From Schmidtea polychroa (Eukaryota), in assembly GCA_044892525.1 (NCBI GenBank), contig CM097885.1, positions 29,576,001-29,640,000 on the forward strand: a DNA stretch of 64,000 nucleotides. The letters are read 5' to 3'. The notes beneath the pieces were generated by a model that did not search any database, had not been told where the DNA came from, and saw nothing but the letters and a program-made list of their open reading frames with translations. The translations under genes were made by a program, and so were the position numbers. Positions 1-13,290 of the stretch are shown here, piece by piece; positions within the stretch are counted from its first letter, which is position 1, and each line of letters starts with the position of its first letter.

Positions 1-400
1 ATTTGTATTTTTAAAATTTGCAGTGAAGAAAATATGGAATACAAACTTTAAATTGTTTTTAGTGTGACTTCATACGAACATTATTATTCTCATTTATATA
101 CTTAATTGCAATTTAAAGAATCTAAAAATGAAATCAATCTGTAATTGAAAAATAATTTTTAGATTTTTCATTCTTTTAGTCAGAGAAAGTATCTAGAATT
201 AATTTTAAACATCAAAAATACTTTAAACTAAATTCAACTAAGTTTAGATAACCCTAAAATCAAGAAAAGTATAATAGCAAAGTTTTGTGTATTTCCCGTA
301 ATTTTTTGTAGACACTTGATAAAGGCTGTGCCGAAATATCGTGTACCTTACATATTGTTTTGATCTATATCCTTACAAACATTAATATGAAAATTATGGA
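1..400 (+). mobile_element. Decayed 3' end of a Penelope-like retroelement
   Basis: Broken frame near 170-250 (SQRKYLELI..LN*IQ) resembles the GIY-YIG C-terminal RxxLExxxI..LN motif and is followed by a minimal hammerhead at 312-344, the usual PLE 3' layout. Confidence 0.4.
312..344 (+). ncRNA. Minimal type I hammerhead ribozyme, U3-A8 core variant
   Basis: ACAC-TTGATAA-A-GGC-TGT-GCC-GAAA-TA-TC-GTGT: helix I ACAC/GTGT, core UUGANAA, helix II GGC/GCC, GAAA, palindromic ATAT helix III, cleavage triplet AUC. Confidence 0.65.
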
Positions 401-2831
401 ATTTAAAAAAATCAAAGTTGAAACCAAAAGATATATTAATAATAATATTAATAATATTAATAATAATTGCAACTAAGTGCGGTGAATATAATACTTATTT
501 ACATTAAAATATTTAAATGTAATAGTTATAATATAGTATTTAATTAATTAATTAATTAATTAATTAATTAAAGATTTATTAAATTATAAATATTTAAAAA
601 GTGGTGCAAATATAAATTTTATGTACAAAAAATTGTGTACAACATAAAAAATTAAATGTAACAAAATTCAAATAAATTAATTTAAATCCAAAATTAATTA
701 AATATTTTTTATGGAGAAACGTATGGGCGTGTAGAAAATTAAAAAATAAGTAGAAATATAATTATTTAAAGATGCTAGATCATATTTGTATTAGTTATTC
801 TGAGTCGGTCTCCAATCAAGTTACCTGCTCTCTAAAGGAATGACTAGGAGAACTACTTGTGAACATTGATATTTACATTGAACATTGACGATTTAACACG
901 TGTGATCATTGTATTGACAAATAAGAATATGTATTGGTTTTTGTCATTTAAATATAAAGAACACATAATCAAATTATTAACTAGTATCCTACCGAAACAA
1001 TTTTAATAACCCACCAAATTTAGAAATTATCCCTAGGCTGTACATTCTAAGTTATCGAATAAATTGGAGTATTTTCATTTTTGTATATTTTATTGTCAGT
1101 TAAACTAGATATTACTGTGAACTCTGCACATTTAAAAATGTATTTTTATTTAAAAAATATATTTCTCTTTCTTTTCAAATGACAATTAATCAATAAATTA
1201 AAATTAAACAGGTTTATGTTAATCATATGTATAATTTGTTTATATGAAATGACAAAAAAATGAAAATATTTCAGTAATGCCAAGTCATATTTTTACTGAT
1301 TATATTTATGTAATTGCTTTAAATATAATTATTACTAATATAATTGTTATTAATATAATTGCTATTAATATAATTGTGTGATTATTTCTATTAGCATTGT
1401 AGTGAATAATATTGCTTTTCCATTATATTTAATAACACTGTAATTTGCCAAAACTCGAGAATAACTTTATAAACATAAATTAATATTTTCTAATTAATTT
1501 TTAGAAAACATTTTACCTCTTTCTATTATTTAATTTTAAAATGTGCTTTATAAAATTGAAAAAATATATTTTTTATTTTTATCAAGATTATTATTGTTTT
1601 TACATCAGGCGTGTTTTAATTGATAGGCTTCCTGTCTTATTTTATTAGTAGAAAATACTGAACTTTTAAGCAAGACTATATTTATAAATTATAACGCAAT
1701 GATATATTTTAATTTAAAAATTTTATTTTTATATTTTAGTTATATATATAATCGTTATTAATATTTTACTTTTATGAAATATTTTATTTGTCATAACTAA
1801 AATTGAAAATACTGTATACGACATTATTTAATAAACCCATTTGTGCACATTGTGACTAATTATGAAAATCTGTCATTAATTTGATTACGCCACAGCATAA
1901 TCAGGGCCAGTGGTCCTATTTGTGATGATAAATATGTTGGGGTTCATCTAGAGTTTAAAAAGATTAAAATCAAAGATTAAGAGAAAAAAGCTATTGTCGA
2001 ATCAAATTTATAAAAGGAAAAACCATATTCAAAATCCAGAAAATGTGGTTTCCCGATGGGTTGCCTACCTTATTATTTTCGATATTGTTGCGAATTTTGT
2101 TGACGTTTATTAAAGTGGTCTGTGTTGGGTCCTATTTTAATAATTGAAAGAAAGAGTACAAGTATGAGAGTTAGTACCAACTTTACCATTAGTATTACAT
2201 TAAATTTAATTCACAGAATATATGTATGATCTAATATGAAGAGCATCATTTATTTTTATATTAATCATTCACAGGCAAAAGCGATTAGATAAACTTCTTT
2301 TTTGAATTTTTTTAATTTTAGTGTCAAAGTATTTGATTGGTTGTTAACTTTATAAATTTAAATATATCCCTAATAAATGGACTTTATGTTATTAAATGTT
2401 TAGGGGAATTTATATCTAATATTTATAATTATATATTTTTATGTTTATTTTATTATTTTATAATATATATTTTTTGAAGCCTCAAAAATATTATAAAAAA
2501 ATGTTTATATTTTATTATAAATATAAATATATTTATATCATTAAAAATAATAAAAATATAATTATCAACTAATTTTTATAATAATATTTTAAAGAATAAT
2601 TAAATTTTCAAAATATTTGTTCATATTAATTAATATTAATATTGTAAAATATGTGTTAAATTTTATCTTAAATTTGTTTTTGTATATAAATTTAAAAGTA
2701 CGTTTCTACCTTAAATAAATATTTTGGATAAAGACGAAACTTTATTATACAAATACATTCTGGTATAAAAGAGTTTAATGACTTAATGTCATACCCAATG
2801 AAGCCGTTGTTAGTGAAACTCTTCTGTTTAA

Positions 2832-3159
2832 CACTAGAACTACCAAAGTTGAATGATTTATTTAGGTATATAATATATTTTATTATATTTTATTTTATTG
2901 ATATATTTTATTATATGTTGTGTTTGTGTGCTTAAGTTATTTTCTCTATCTCTTTCTCAATATTAACATATAAGTGAGTTTTCATAATAAAGATTATTAA
3001 AAATAATGTACTTAAATCCAATATAAAAAATATAATTAATTAATTTAATGACATATTAAAAATTATTATAAATACCAACAACAATACATATTAATATGGT
3101 AATAAATTTAACCCAAAAAATGAGAAATCAGTCATTTTGACGTGTTTGTAGTTTTAGTC
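2832..3159. mobile_element. Possible piggyBac-type MITE
   Basis: TTAA-CACTAGAACTACCA ... TTGTAGTTTTAGTC-TTAA: imperfect TIR with TTAA on both sides. Confidence 0.35.
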
Positions 3160-5933
3160 TTAAGGTCCGACATAACAGTGTCATAACAAAATTTATTTTT
3201 ATTTTTATTTATTCGTTTTTATTTTATATTAAAAAACAAATGAATTTACAATTATAAATTTAAATTTAAAATGAAAAATTTCATTATATTTGTGAAATAT
3301 TAAACTATTTATCAATAAACTTTAATGAAAAAAAAACAATTTCCATTTTGAAAATTTCGATTATCTTAGATTTCATTTCAAATTTTCAAGGATTAATTAT
3401 CATTTAAAAATGAACTTATTTCAATGAAATATTTTAATTATTCGATTGTTATCAAGTATTTGCAAATTGTCCAATCTCAACAAAAACATTTTGATTAAAT
3501 TTAATTAATTTTTATTTTTTAATATTTTTATAACAATTTCAGATGCACAACCACGCAACTCATTTTATTTATATATCTTGGGCAAAAATGGCAAATATTC
3601 ACAATAATGTGTTCACAAAAAAAGTGTTTTATATTGTTGCGTTAAATGTTTTAAGTTTATCTTACCAAATCTGTAAATTGTAGAACTAAAAGAACGTTGT
3701 GGTATTTATAATAACCGTTTAAATGAAATTCATCTTTATTTAATATTTTCTATTTATTTTCTAAACAACTCTAGAGTATCAAGACTGAATTCAGTGGTGA
3801 TTTTTGCATTAAAATTTGTATTTTATCTAATATTATTTCTTTAAAAAATGTAATTGAAGATACTATTAATCCATGCAACATTTCCACTTATCAAATATTT
3901 ACAGGCATTTTTAATTATATGTTGTGTTTGTGTGCTTAAGTTATTTTCTCTATCACTTTCTCAGTATTTACATTAAATGATGTTATTCCATGCCATATAA
4001 GTGAGTTTTCATAATAAAGATTTATTACTTTTTTAATATTATAAGTGTTATTATTTCATGTAAATCGGTGTCAGGTTGTAACTACCAAACTGATATCAAT
4101 TATTAATTAAAAGCCTTAGTAATAATAATAAAAAAAAATAACTATAACAATAATAATTATTATAATAATTATTATTATATTATAAAATAAAATAGAACAT
4201 GGTTTTTGGTAGCAGCATAAAATTAATGTTAAAACAAATAAATTATGAAATCAGCTTTTGACGAAAACTTTCATAAAATAAAATATTTGGCAGCAAACGC
4301 TTAACTTATTATGTTTTTTGTTTAATATTTACATATTAATAATAGTATTAAAAATTTTATTTTATTTTATGAAAGGGCATCATTGAAACAAATTTTAAAA
4401 TAAAATTTTTATAGGTATATAAGAAGTATTTTATCACTCCATCTTTAGATCCAGATTTCAAATTCAGCGGAAAATATCTTCTGTTAACAATATGAGCAGA
4501 GGTTCTCAGAAGGAGACATGAAAATTGTTTGGAAACTTATGGAAATCTATGTGTCATAGAAATTATCTAAGAATCCAGAGGAAGTTTCAAAATAAGTTCA
4601 AAAGCAACCTTTCAAAGTAAGACCTGTACTAAATATGATTGTAAAAAACATAATTTCGAAGACTTAATGTTCTATATTTCTTATTTATTAACTTTAATAT
4701 ATTAATATCACTTTATTTATTTAAAGACTTGAAATTGAAAATAAATATTATCTTAAGCGTCAACACTTCCTCATTCAAAAGACTCAATTTTGCAACGATC
4801 TTCCAATTAAATTTTAAATTCTATTAACCTTTTTTATAGCAACATCATCGAATTTTTTATTTTATGGAATGAAAGATTTGCTGAAAAATTACCGAATCTC
4901 TCGAGAAATCAGCAACACATATGCAAATCTTCTGGGAACTTAAATTTTTTTGAAAAACGTAATTTTATTAATTATAAAATTTAATATTTTGAGCTTTTTG
5001 AAAAATAATCCGACTTTGATTCGCTCAATTTCAGAATATTCCTTTAGCTGTTAAAATATAATTATTCCGTATTTTGACTTTTAGACATTTTGTTTTAATT
5101 TTTTTCATAATTATTTTTTGTTATTCTTGAAATCATCATTCAATATTATAGCAGCAATTATTAAGGCAATTATTATTAAATTTATATTAATTTGATTTTA
5201 ATTTCCAAATTCTCAAAAATAATTTAATGTCATAATCCATATCATTTTGACAAGAGTTTTTGTTTTTCTTAAACATTGTTTACAAACTCACTTTATTAAT
5301 ACATGATGCAAATTACATAGGTATAAATTATGAAGCTTTGCTTTTTACTTAATAAATAGATATAAAATAAAACTAATAAATAAAATAAACAGGGGGGCAT
5401 TATCAAGCGGCAATACTAGTTAAAACAACCCCCTTTTATGGAAATCTATAATTCAATTGTTATTTTAGAATAAACTTCTCTCTATAGCATTTAATGTTTC
5501 ACAATTTATCAACTATTTTCAATATACTTTTATTTTATTTGACTAAGGTTTAATAAATTCAAAACATACAAAAATTAATAATTTTGATATATTATCAGTG
5601 AAAAAATTGTATGAATTATTCAATAATATCAATAGAATTGTTATAATTTAAAATTTAATAATATTTAGTTGTTATTTATTTTTAACAAATCCTCTTTCAA
5701 ATTTTATTTTGAATTAAAATTAAAAGGTTGTCCTTGTCGATCTATTTTTCATGAATTATATTTTCATTAAATATAAAATAATTATTTTCGTCAATAGAAT
5801 GCTATTTCTAGTAATTAAAAAAAATTATTTTAAAAAAGATATTTCCTGGTGGAAGTGCCAATTACGAAGATAAATTAAGCCTTAGATATCGTCTTAAATA
5901 GAATGAAATAATTAGGCTAGAATAAGGCGAGAA

Positions 5934-5937
<4 letters not shown>

Positions 5938-6008
<71 letters not shown>
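5938..6008. repeat. (ATT)n microsatellite
   Basis: Direct reading. Confidence 0.95.
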
Positions 6009-6009
<1 letters not shown>

Positions 6010-6059
6010 AGAAAGCGCAACTCAAACATTCGTCTTATCACTATTTTAATTCCGAACAC

Positions 6060-7053
6060 ACCTCAACGTAAAACACGAACTCCAGTCAACCTAGAAAAAA
6101 TCAATACAATAAATCTTAAGCAATCAGGTAAATGCACAAAATTTATCGCCGAAACATTAAATCTAAGTATATCAACAGTTAGTAAATTATTGAATAAAAT
6201 CCACTGTTGTAACGAAGAAAATCGAGAACTAAATACTATTCTTAAAAAGAGCGGTCCAAAACCTACTGGTTTAGATTCGCCTGTAAATATGGCTCTGACT
6301 GAAATAATACAAGCCAATTCTACCTTCACCCAGAATGGAATGCAACAAAAGTTGGGAGATTTAGAAATAACTGCATCTACACCTAAAATCTCAAAATGTC
6401 TTAAAAGATTATCAATAACAAGAAAACGAATCAAAAAAAATCATCACGAACGGTTTCTACCTATGTGATTAACCAACGAAAAGTATATTCAAGAGAAATG
6501 CGACTTATTCCCAATTCAAGATTAATTTTTTTAGACGAGAGTGGATTTAATCTTCACACAGGTGCTCATTATGGATACTCACCTGTCAATGTTGACCTTT
6601 TCAAATAGTTCCATCAAACAGAGGCAGGAATGTTAGTTTAATAGCATTAATGCATATAAATTAATCGATGGGGCATATAATACCACTAAACTACAAGAAT
6701 TTTTAAATGAAGCTTTTTTGGGTGAGAATATTAAAACCAACGATATTTTAATATTGGATAATGTACGCTTTCATCATAGTGATGATGTTAAAGATTGGTG
6801 TAGCGAAAATGGAATCATTGTTAAATAGCAACCCCCATATAGCTCATATTTAAATCCGATCGAAAATATTTTTTCGACGATAAAGGCTCGGTATTCAGCT
6901 ATACGACCGATTTAAACGACAAACGAAGAGCTAAAACAAAATGTTGCTAATGATATTGAGTCAATGAACAATGATCCTGATATAGTGTATGAACTATATT
7001 TTGAACGAATGCGTGAGTTCTTAGGAATGGCTTTTAACGGGGAATATTTCTGA
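6060..7053 (+). pseudogene. Tc1/IS630-family DD34E transposase pseudogene
   Basis: HTH-like N-terminus (IAETLNLSISTVS), then FLDESGFN (~6530), ILDNVRFH (~6755) and PPYSSYLNPIENIFS (~6830-6877). 34 residues between the second D and the E. Stops and frameshifts present. Confidence 0.85.
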
Positions 7054-7322
7054 TTAAATAGTACATTTTAATATTTTTATATACATTGTACCATATTTTA
7101 TAAATATTCATTGTTTATTTTAGTTTACAATTTGAATTATTCTTCTTCAAGCTTTTAAAAATACAAAACCCTTATTGTCTTAATAAATTAAAAATCACAA
7201 AATATAATTTTGAAATATAAATATATAATTTTGAAATATAAATATATAATACAAAAATACCCTGTATATAAGAACATTTTTTTCCAATTTCACCACTCAT
7301 TTTTTTTCCATTGAATTTAATC

Positions 7323-7403
7323 AAAAGAGCTTGAAGACTATAAATCAGTAAATATATCACAAACATCGATATATTTACTGATTTATAGTCTTCAAGCTCT
7401 TTT
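7323..7403. repeat. Perfect 36-bp inverted repeat with 9-nt loop
   Basis: 7323-7358 is the reverse complement of 7368-7403. Confidence 0.9.
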
Positions 7404-7439
7404 TAATATATATATAATTTATAGTTTATAAAAATATTA

Positions 7440-7990
7440 TTTAGAAACATTAAAAACACAAGTATTCACTGCATTTTGCACGGTAACTTTCGGATCCAAT
7501 GACCTTATCAATAATGCTTTACAAATTACACGTTCTCAATAATTATCGAAATTTTTTAATAAAATTTTAAAATCAGACAGACCTATTTTTATCTTAAAAC
7601 CCTTATTGTGCTCACTGATGTTTGTCAATACCTTCGGTTTATAATGTTATCGAGCTCGAATACAGAGATGAAGTTTCTCCAATGTATGCAGCATTACAAC
7701 CATTACATGTAAACTGATAAACGAGAATAAAACACAATCCAATTGAAATTTTAGACTTATTGATAAACATATTGTGTACTTTACATGAATTTGACACACT
7801 CTTATTATTTAAATTCCCAAATTGCTTGTTTATCCCTCTTTAATAATCTGTACAACCTTCTGAGTACGGCAATACTAACACAAATTTAAGTTCATTATCT
7901 TTGCATTCGGTATTTAATGTATTTTACTCATTATCAAACTCACCCACATCAACAAAATCACACCCAGATTATCTCTAACATAGATCTTAG
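7440..7990 (-). pseudogene. Penelope-like GIY-YIG endonuclease remnant
   Basis: Minus-strand LVYQFTCNGCNAAYIGETS near 7670-7728. Confidence 0.75.
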
Positions 7991-8019
7991 GGATTTTTAT
8001 TAAAAACTATTTATTTAAA

Positions 8020-8940
8020 AATCATGTTTCTGCTGTTCTAGTATTCAAAAAATTAGTGAACATTTATAATGCACTTAGAAGAAAGGAACTAGTATAGAAG
8101 AAACTTGTATAAAAGAAAAGATGATTCCTTCGTTCGTTTTTAAAATAAAACTTAATTATTGTCTTTCAAGTAAAGATGTTACATTAATACATAAAAGAAC
8201 GTTAAGAATAATGTTGGAATCAGAGAAGATAAAGAAAACATCTTTGTATAAAAAACTATTAAATATTGGATTTACCTTAAACGAAATAGCAAATACGTTT
8301 TATTTACAGATGTGTTGAATGGTGTATTAAAAATTCAATTTCTACGTTAAAATCAAAAGAGAATGCTCATATTAATAAATTAAAAAATTTAAGAAAATTA
8401 TTTGAGATCTCTAAATTTAGTGCAGAGAATACATTTAATAAACATGAGTCAAGATGCTTTGTCTGAAGATGATGATAGTATTTTGAAATTTGGTCCCAAT
8501 CACTGCATTAAGAAAAGAATTGATGAAACAAAATTATGTGGTAAGTTTGAACGTTTATACTTTCATATACTCCAATCGATGAAAGATATTAATACTAATT
8601 ATGTGAAGAGTGTGTTGAGTTCGAGCACGATGCAGAATATTGATAAATATAAAGAGCAGAATATTAAATGTTTTCTGTATTAAAATATTTAGCTAAGAAA
8701 GACATCAATATATGCAAGTTTTACAAAGGAGATGGATCGGTAATTCTTGACTATGATGTATATGTGAATAAGCTTAATAATGTTTTGAATGGTCCTTAGT
8801 TCGTGAAAGTAGAGATTCCTCAGAAGAATGGAATACAGCCTCCTCTGAGGGATGAGAATTCGTTAAAAGAGATACTGAATAAATTAAATAAAAATAAACA
8901 AATCAATGAAGAGTTGTTTAAATCTATTCGACCAGCATAG
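8020..8940 (+). pseudogene. Penelope-like ORF N-terminal / pre-RT remnant
   Basis: ILKFGPNHCI and ICKFYKGDGSVILDYDVYVNKL match the PLE LxxGxxF and K.DKG..VI.D...Y motifs. Opposite orientation to the adjacent GIY-YIG piece. Confidence 0.65.
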
Positions 8941-9006
8941 GATTTTGTGATGTGGAAACAATCCTTTTCATTAATTAGAGTAAAATACACTGTTGATAAA
9001 TTTATT

Positions 9007-9047
<41 letters not shown>

Positions 9048-11089
9048 GTTTTTATCGTATAGCATGACCAGTATTTATTTAGATACTTTGGAGGTAATTT
9101 CCGTGGTAACCATGCATTTTTTGTATATACATATCATATATTTTGGTAACCTCCAAATTTTTGCACCAATTCATCTACTCCTGAATAACGAGATATTATG
9201 GACAATTTTGTTTTTGATTATTAGAAATTAAGAAAATAATTGTCAAAATACAGCCGCATCAAAGTAACGTTTTGATCTTTGAAAATTTTATATTAGCTAA
9301 ATTAAAACAAATATATTGTATTATAATTAATTATTGCATTTCGCAAGAAATTTCACTATATAAATAAAGATCAACTTTTCAATTTTTTTGAATTTACAAA
9401 TTTTTGTTAAAGTTTTGTTTAAATGTTTGTTGAAACTTCTAAATAATGTAAACATTTGTTGTTTTGATAAATTTCCTATTATATAAATATTTTAAATCTC
9501 CATATTTATTTGAAGTCAAAGAAAGCGATAGTTTAAATTTTTATTTATATTTAAAAATTATAAATCTTATTCAATTTTGTGATAAATTTTCAAAATGATT
9601 CCGTGTCAAATTCTTGAAAATACCGATATTTCTTATCTTATCAGGAAATATGAAATGATCAGAGAAATTCACGATATTTGATTAATATTCTTATAAAATT
9701 ATCTAATTAATTAATCCCAAAAATATATATTGTTCAAATTAAAACATTGGTCTACGGAGAATACTCTATTAAAGATAAACAAATGCGTAACAAAAATAAT
9801 TTATATATACATTTCTCTATCATTTTACTCAAAGTTTTTAACAATTTCTAGATTTTATTCATAGTGATTCGGATTTGCTGATGTTTAATTGGCATCCGGT
9901 CACAACTCATTTCTGTTCTGTGTTCTAAGACATCTGAGAATTAAATTTCTATTTTATATAATAAATATATATTAGCTATTTCATAAAAATTCTTGATTAA
10001 AATTCAATAATTCCATATCTTATAATTCAATTTTTTACTTGGCCTGTGTGAAGTCAGGTAATCATCATTCATTATATTAAATTAAAACGTTACGATAACT
10101 TCTGTTTTTAATCGATAATATGACATTTTGATTTCAATCTTATATGAAAATTGACTTTACTCTATCGAATAATTTTTATTCAATTTTGTCAAGTTCTAAA
10201 CTGTAATTTATTTGTATAATTGTAATATTCTAAAATTATACTTTTTAAATTTTTTTTTAAATAATTAATTATGATTTTATATATCACTTACATCTTTTAT
10301 TATATTTACATTATTTCGAAAATAATTTTTTTGAAATACAATAATCAATCTAGTTTGTCAATTGGCATAGTAACAGTCGGTCAAGCTGGGATAAAATAAT
10401 GTAATATTTTATCATATTTTAGAGATTTTTTTAGTCTAGGAATTAGTCTATAAGAGAAATTTATATGATTTGATGAGAGATTTACCTTTTAAAAAACTGA
10501 TGCTTTGGAAAATTGACAAATATTTCTTATATAACTTCAAACCAAAGAAATTGTTTTGCAAACTAACAATTAAAGTTTATTATAAAAAATTAAATATTAA
10601 ATAAAAATAATTATTAATTACCGACGTCAAGCTGTTATTTGATAGGTCTTCATTGTGCCTAAGAAATTCAGTGACTTTTGCTTTTCTAGCGGGAATGATT
10701 TATGGTTTCAACTAATAAAATTAATTAATTAGTTTGTATTTTTGTATTAATTAAAAAATCAGTAAATATTTCGATGTTTTTTGATATTCACGAATTTTTG
10801 GCACTGTCTTTTTCAAGTGATTTACATTGGCAAACTTATCGATTTTTAATTATTGTTTTTGTCTTTAATCTTTTATTTGCCACATATATTGCTTTTCAAA
10901 TTTTTTAATTTTTAAGTAATTTTGCACTGATTTTATTTTTATGAATTTTAAATGCTTTGAACTTGAATTTTTGCCAATTGAAATTGAATATATAAATATT
11001 TTTATTGCATTAAGTAAATGATTGACTGTGAATCAGTAATTATTATTATTATTATTATTAAGTGATGATTTCTTGGTAGCAACAGTAAT

Positions 11090-12150
11090 TAAAAGTTAAA
11101 CAATTAAATGATATTTTAATTCTTTTTCTGCGAATTATAGATTTAATAAAAATGAAAATATTTGTAACTATATAAAATAGTCCTTTTCAATTTCCTGGTA
11201 TTTAGTTTTTTATATTTCAAATGCTTTTTGATCTTCTTTTTTATTTCCTTTTCCTTACTTCTCATTGGTTAAAAATAAATTTTTTGAAGAATTTAAAAGT
11301 TTTTTATTAAATATCCTCTAAAATTCGAAACAAAGCCATAAAAAAATTTTCAAGTTTATAAAGCTTCTATAGAAACCTCATAGAAATTTCTTTTAATAAA
11401 TAATATCATAACATATTTATAAAAATATAGTTTCCAATAACTATTTACAACCACAATTTAAAAATTTTTAAAAATGTTTACATTTGATTCTTATTCCTAA
11501 TGATCTCTAAAAGTTTAATTCTTTAAAATTTGATCTAGTTTTCGATATTTTTTTAAAGAAGGTATTCTTAAGTTCAATAGCAACTAATCAAACTGATGAT
11601 TTCATTGATTTTTTCTTTAGTGTTGATTGTATGATAAAAATTGCTTCTTTAAATCTGACATTTTTCTTTTTACTTTTTTAAAAGATTTTAAAATAATAAT
11701 TTAAAAATAATATCGAAAAACTAATAAAATAATTAAACTTTTAGTGATCATATGAATGAAAATCAAAATATAAACATTTTTAAAAATTTTTAAATTGTGT
11801 ATGTAAATAGTTATTGGAAATTATATTTTTATAAATATTTCATGATATTATTTATTAAAAGAAATTTTTATGAGCTTTCTATAGAAGCTTTATAAATTTA
11901 AAAATTTTTTTATTGTTATATTTTGAATTTTAGAGGATATTTAATAAAAACTTTTAAATTCTTTAAACCATTTATTTTTAACCAATGAGAAGTAAGGAAA
12001 AGGAAATGAAAAAGAAGATCAAAAAGCATTTGAAAATATAAGAAACTAAATTGCAGGAAATTGAAAAAGACTATTTTATATAGTTACAAATATTTTAAGT
12101 TTTATTAAATATATAATTCGCAGCAAAAGGTTTGAATTACCATTTAATTA
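11090..12150. repeat. Degenerate ~1.1-kb inverted repeat built from Penelope 3'-end sequence
   Basis: 11161-11200 is roughly the reverse complement of 12055-12090, and 11340-11460 of 11780-11910. 11595-11670 resembles the GIY-YIG end at 21950-22035. Confidence 0.7.
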
Positions 12151-13199
12151 TTTATATTAATACTATTATTATTAATAATACCTTGATAAAATTTAAATTT
12201 TGTAAAATATGTTTTGCTCTTGGATTGTAATTTTATTGTCTGTTATTTTACAATAAATTGTTATAAAATGCCTTTCCAAAGACATAGTTTTAAATTTTAT
12301 CTGTATACAAAGATATTCGAAATTTAACAATAAAAGTTGTATTGTTTAACAGATAATTGAAGATAATTAATCTGAATAATGTAATTCAAAACGAATATAT
12401 TTTAAGACGAAAATAATGTATTCAGAATTCAATGCAAAGTCGCCACTATTGAAAAATTGAACAAAGCATGTGAAAAATTTGTAAAGAATCAAAATTTCCA
12501 TTAATAATCCTGAATTTTATTTAAATTTAGGATTTTAAATATTTTTCCAAATAATTTTTAAATTAAAAATATTTATTTTATATTTTTCTATTAATTATAC
12601 TAATTAGTAAAGTTTTAATTGCATACAATTTGATCAATTCAGCTTTTAATTTAATTGATTTAAATGGTTTTTAATTATTTATTAATTTTTAAATTTGTAT
12701 ATCTATCCAATAATTTTAAAGATATTTTGAAAATATTGTTTGATTTTAAAAATAAAATTATTTTAGTCAAATTTAAAATTTAAAATATTAATAATAATAA
12801 AATCTGCTTCAATTTAATTAATTTTGATGCTCTTTTCACCATTTATTAATTTTTAAATTTATATATTTCTTCAATAATTTGTATAAATTATGTCATTTTT
12901 ATTTCATTAGATTTTTTTCCTAAAATAAATAAAGAATTATATTTTATGATTTAAGCCGATCTTGGAATTTTATTTTCAATCTCTGATTTGGTCAATTCGT
13001 TGAAGTTGTCAGATTTACAAACCAGTAGGTTCGAAAAAAGTGAATGAAAAACAACACTCCAATTATTTGCAAATTTCACCAACTTTCCTTTCAAATATTC
13101 TTTAACAATTTATATACTTCAACAATTCATTTGGACCACAAAAAGACCAAAGACTAAAATTTTAAATTTGAAATAAATTGAAAAGCCCTGTGGTGAAAA

Positions 13200-13290
13200 G
13201 AAATTAATAAAAACTTCGAAAATGTCGAAGAACTTGCTGGAGTGCACTCCATCACTGGCCACACGAGTGGAGAAGAATTTGTGGCGAAGT
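13200..13290 (+). pseudogene. hAT (Charlie/GTF2IRD2-like) transposase fragment
   Basis: EELAGVHSITGHTSGEEF resembles the EELLxxxxLxGxTTGEDIF motif. Confidence 0.5.

Noticed and set aside
2110..2150. SVLGPIL-like non-LTR RT motif
   Set aside because: Too short, with no supporting neighbouring motifs.
5862..6059. Poly-Ile / poly-Asn ORFs here and at 17273-17616, 21483-21680, 27206-27592, 40309-40734, 48051-48239, 56774-56962
   Set aside because: Translations of (AAT)n microsatellites.
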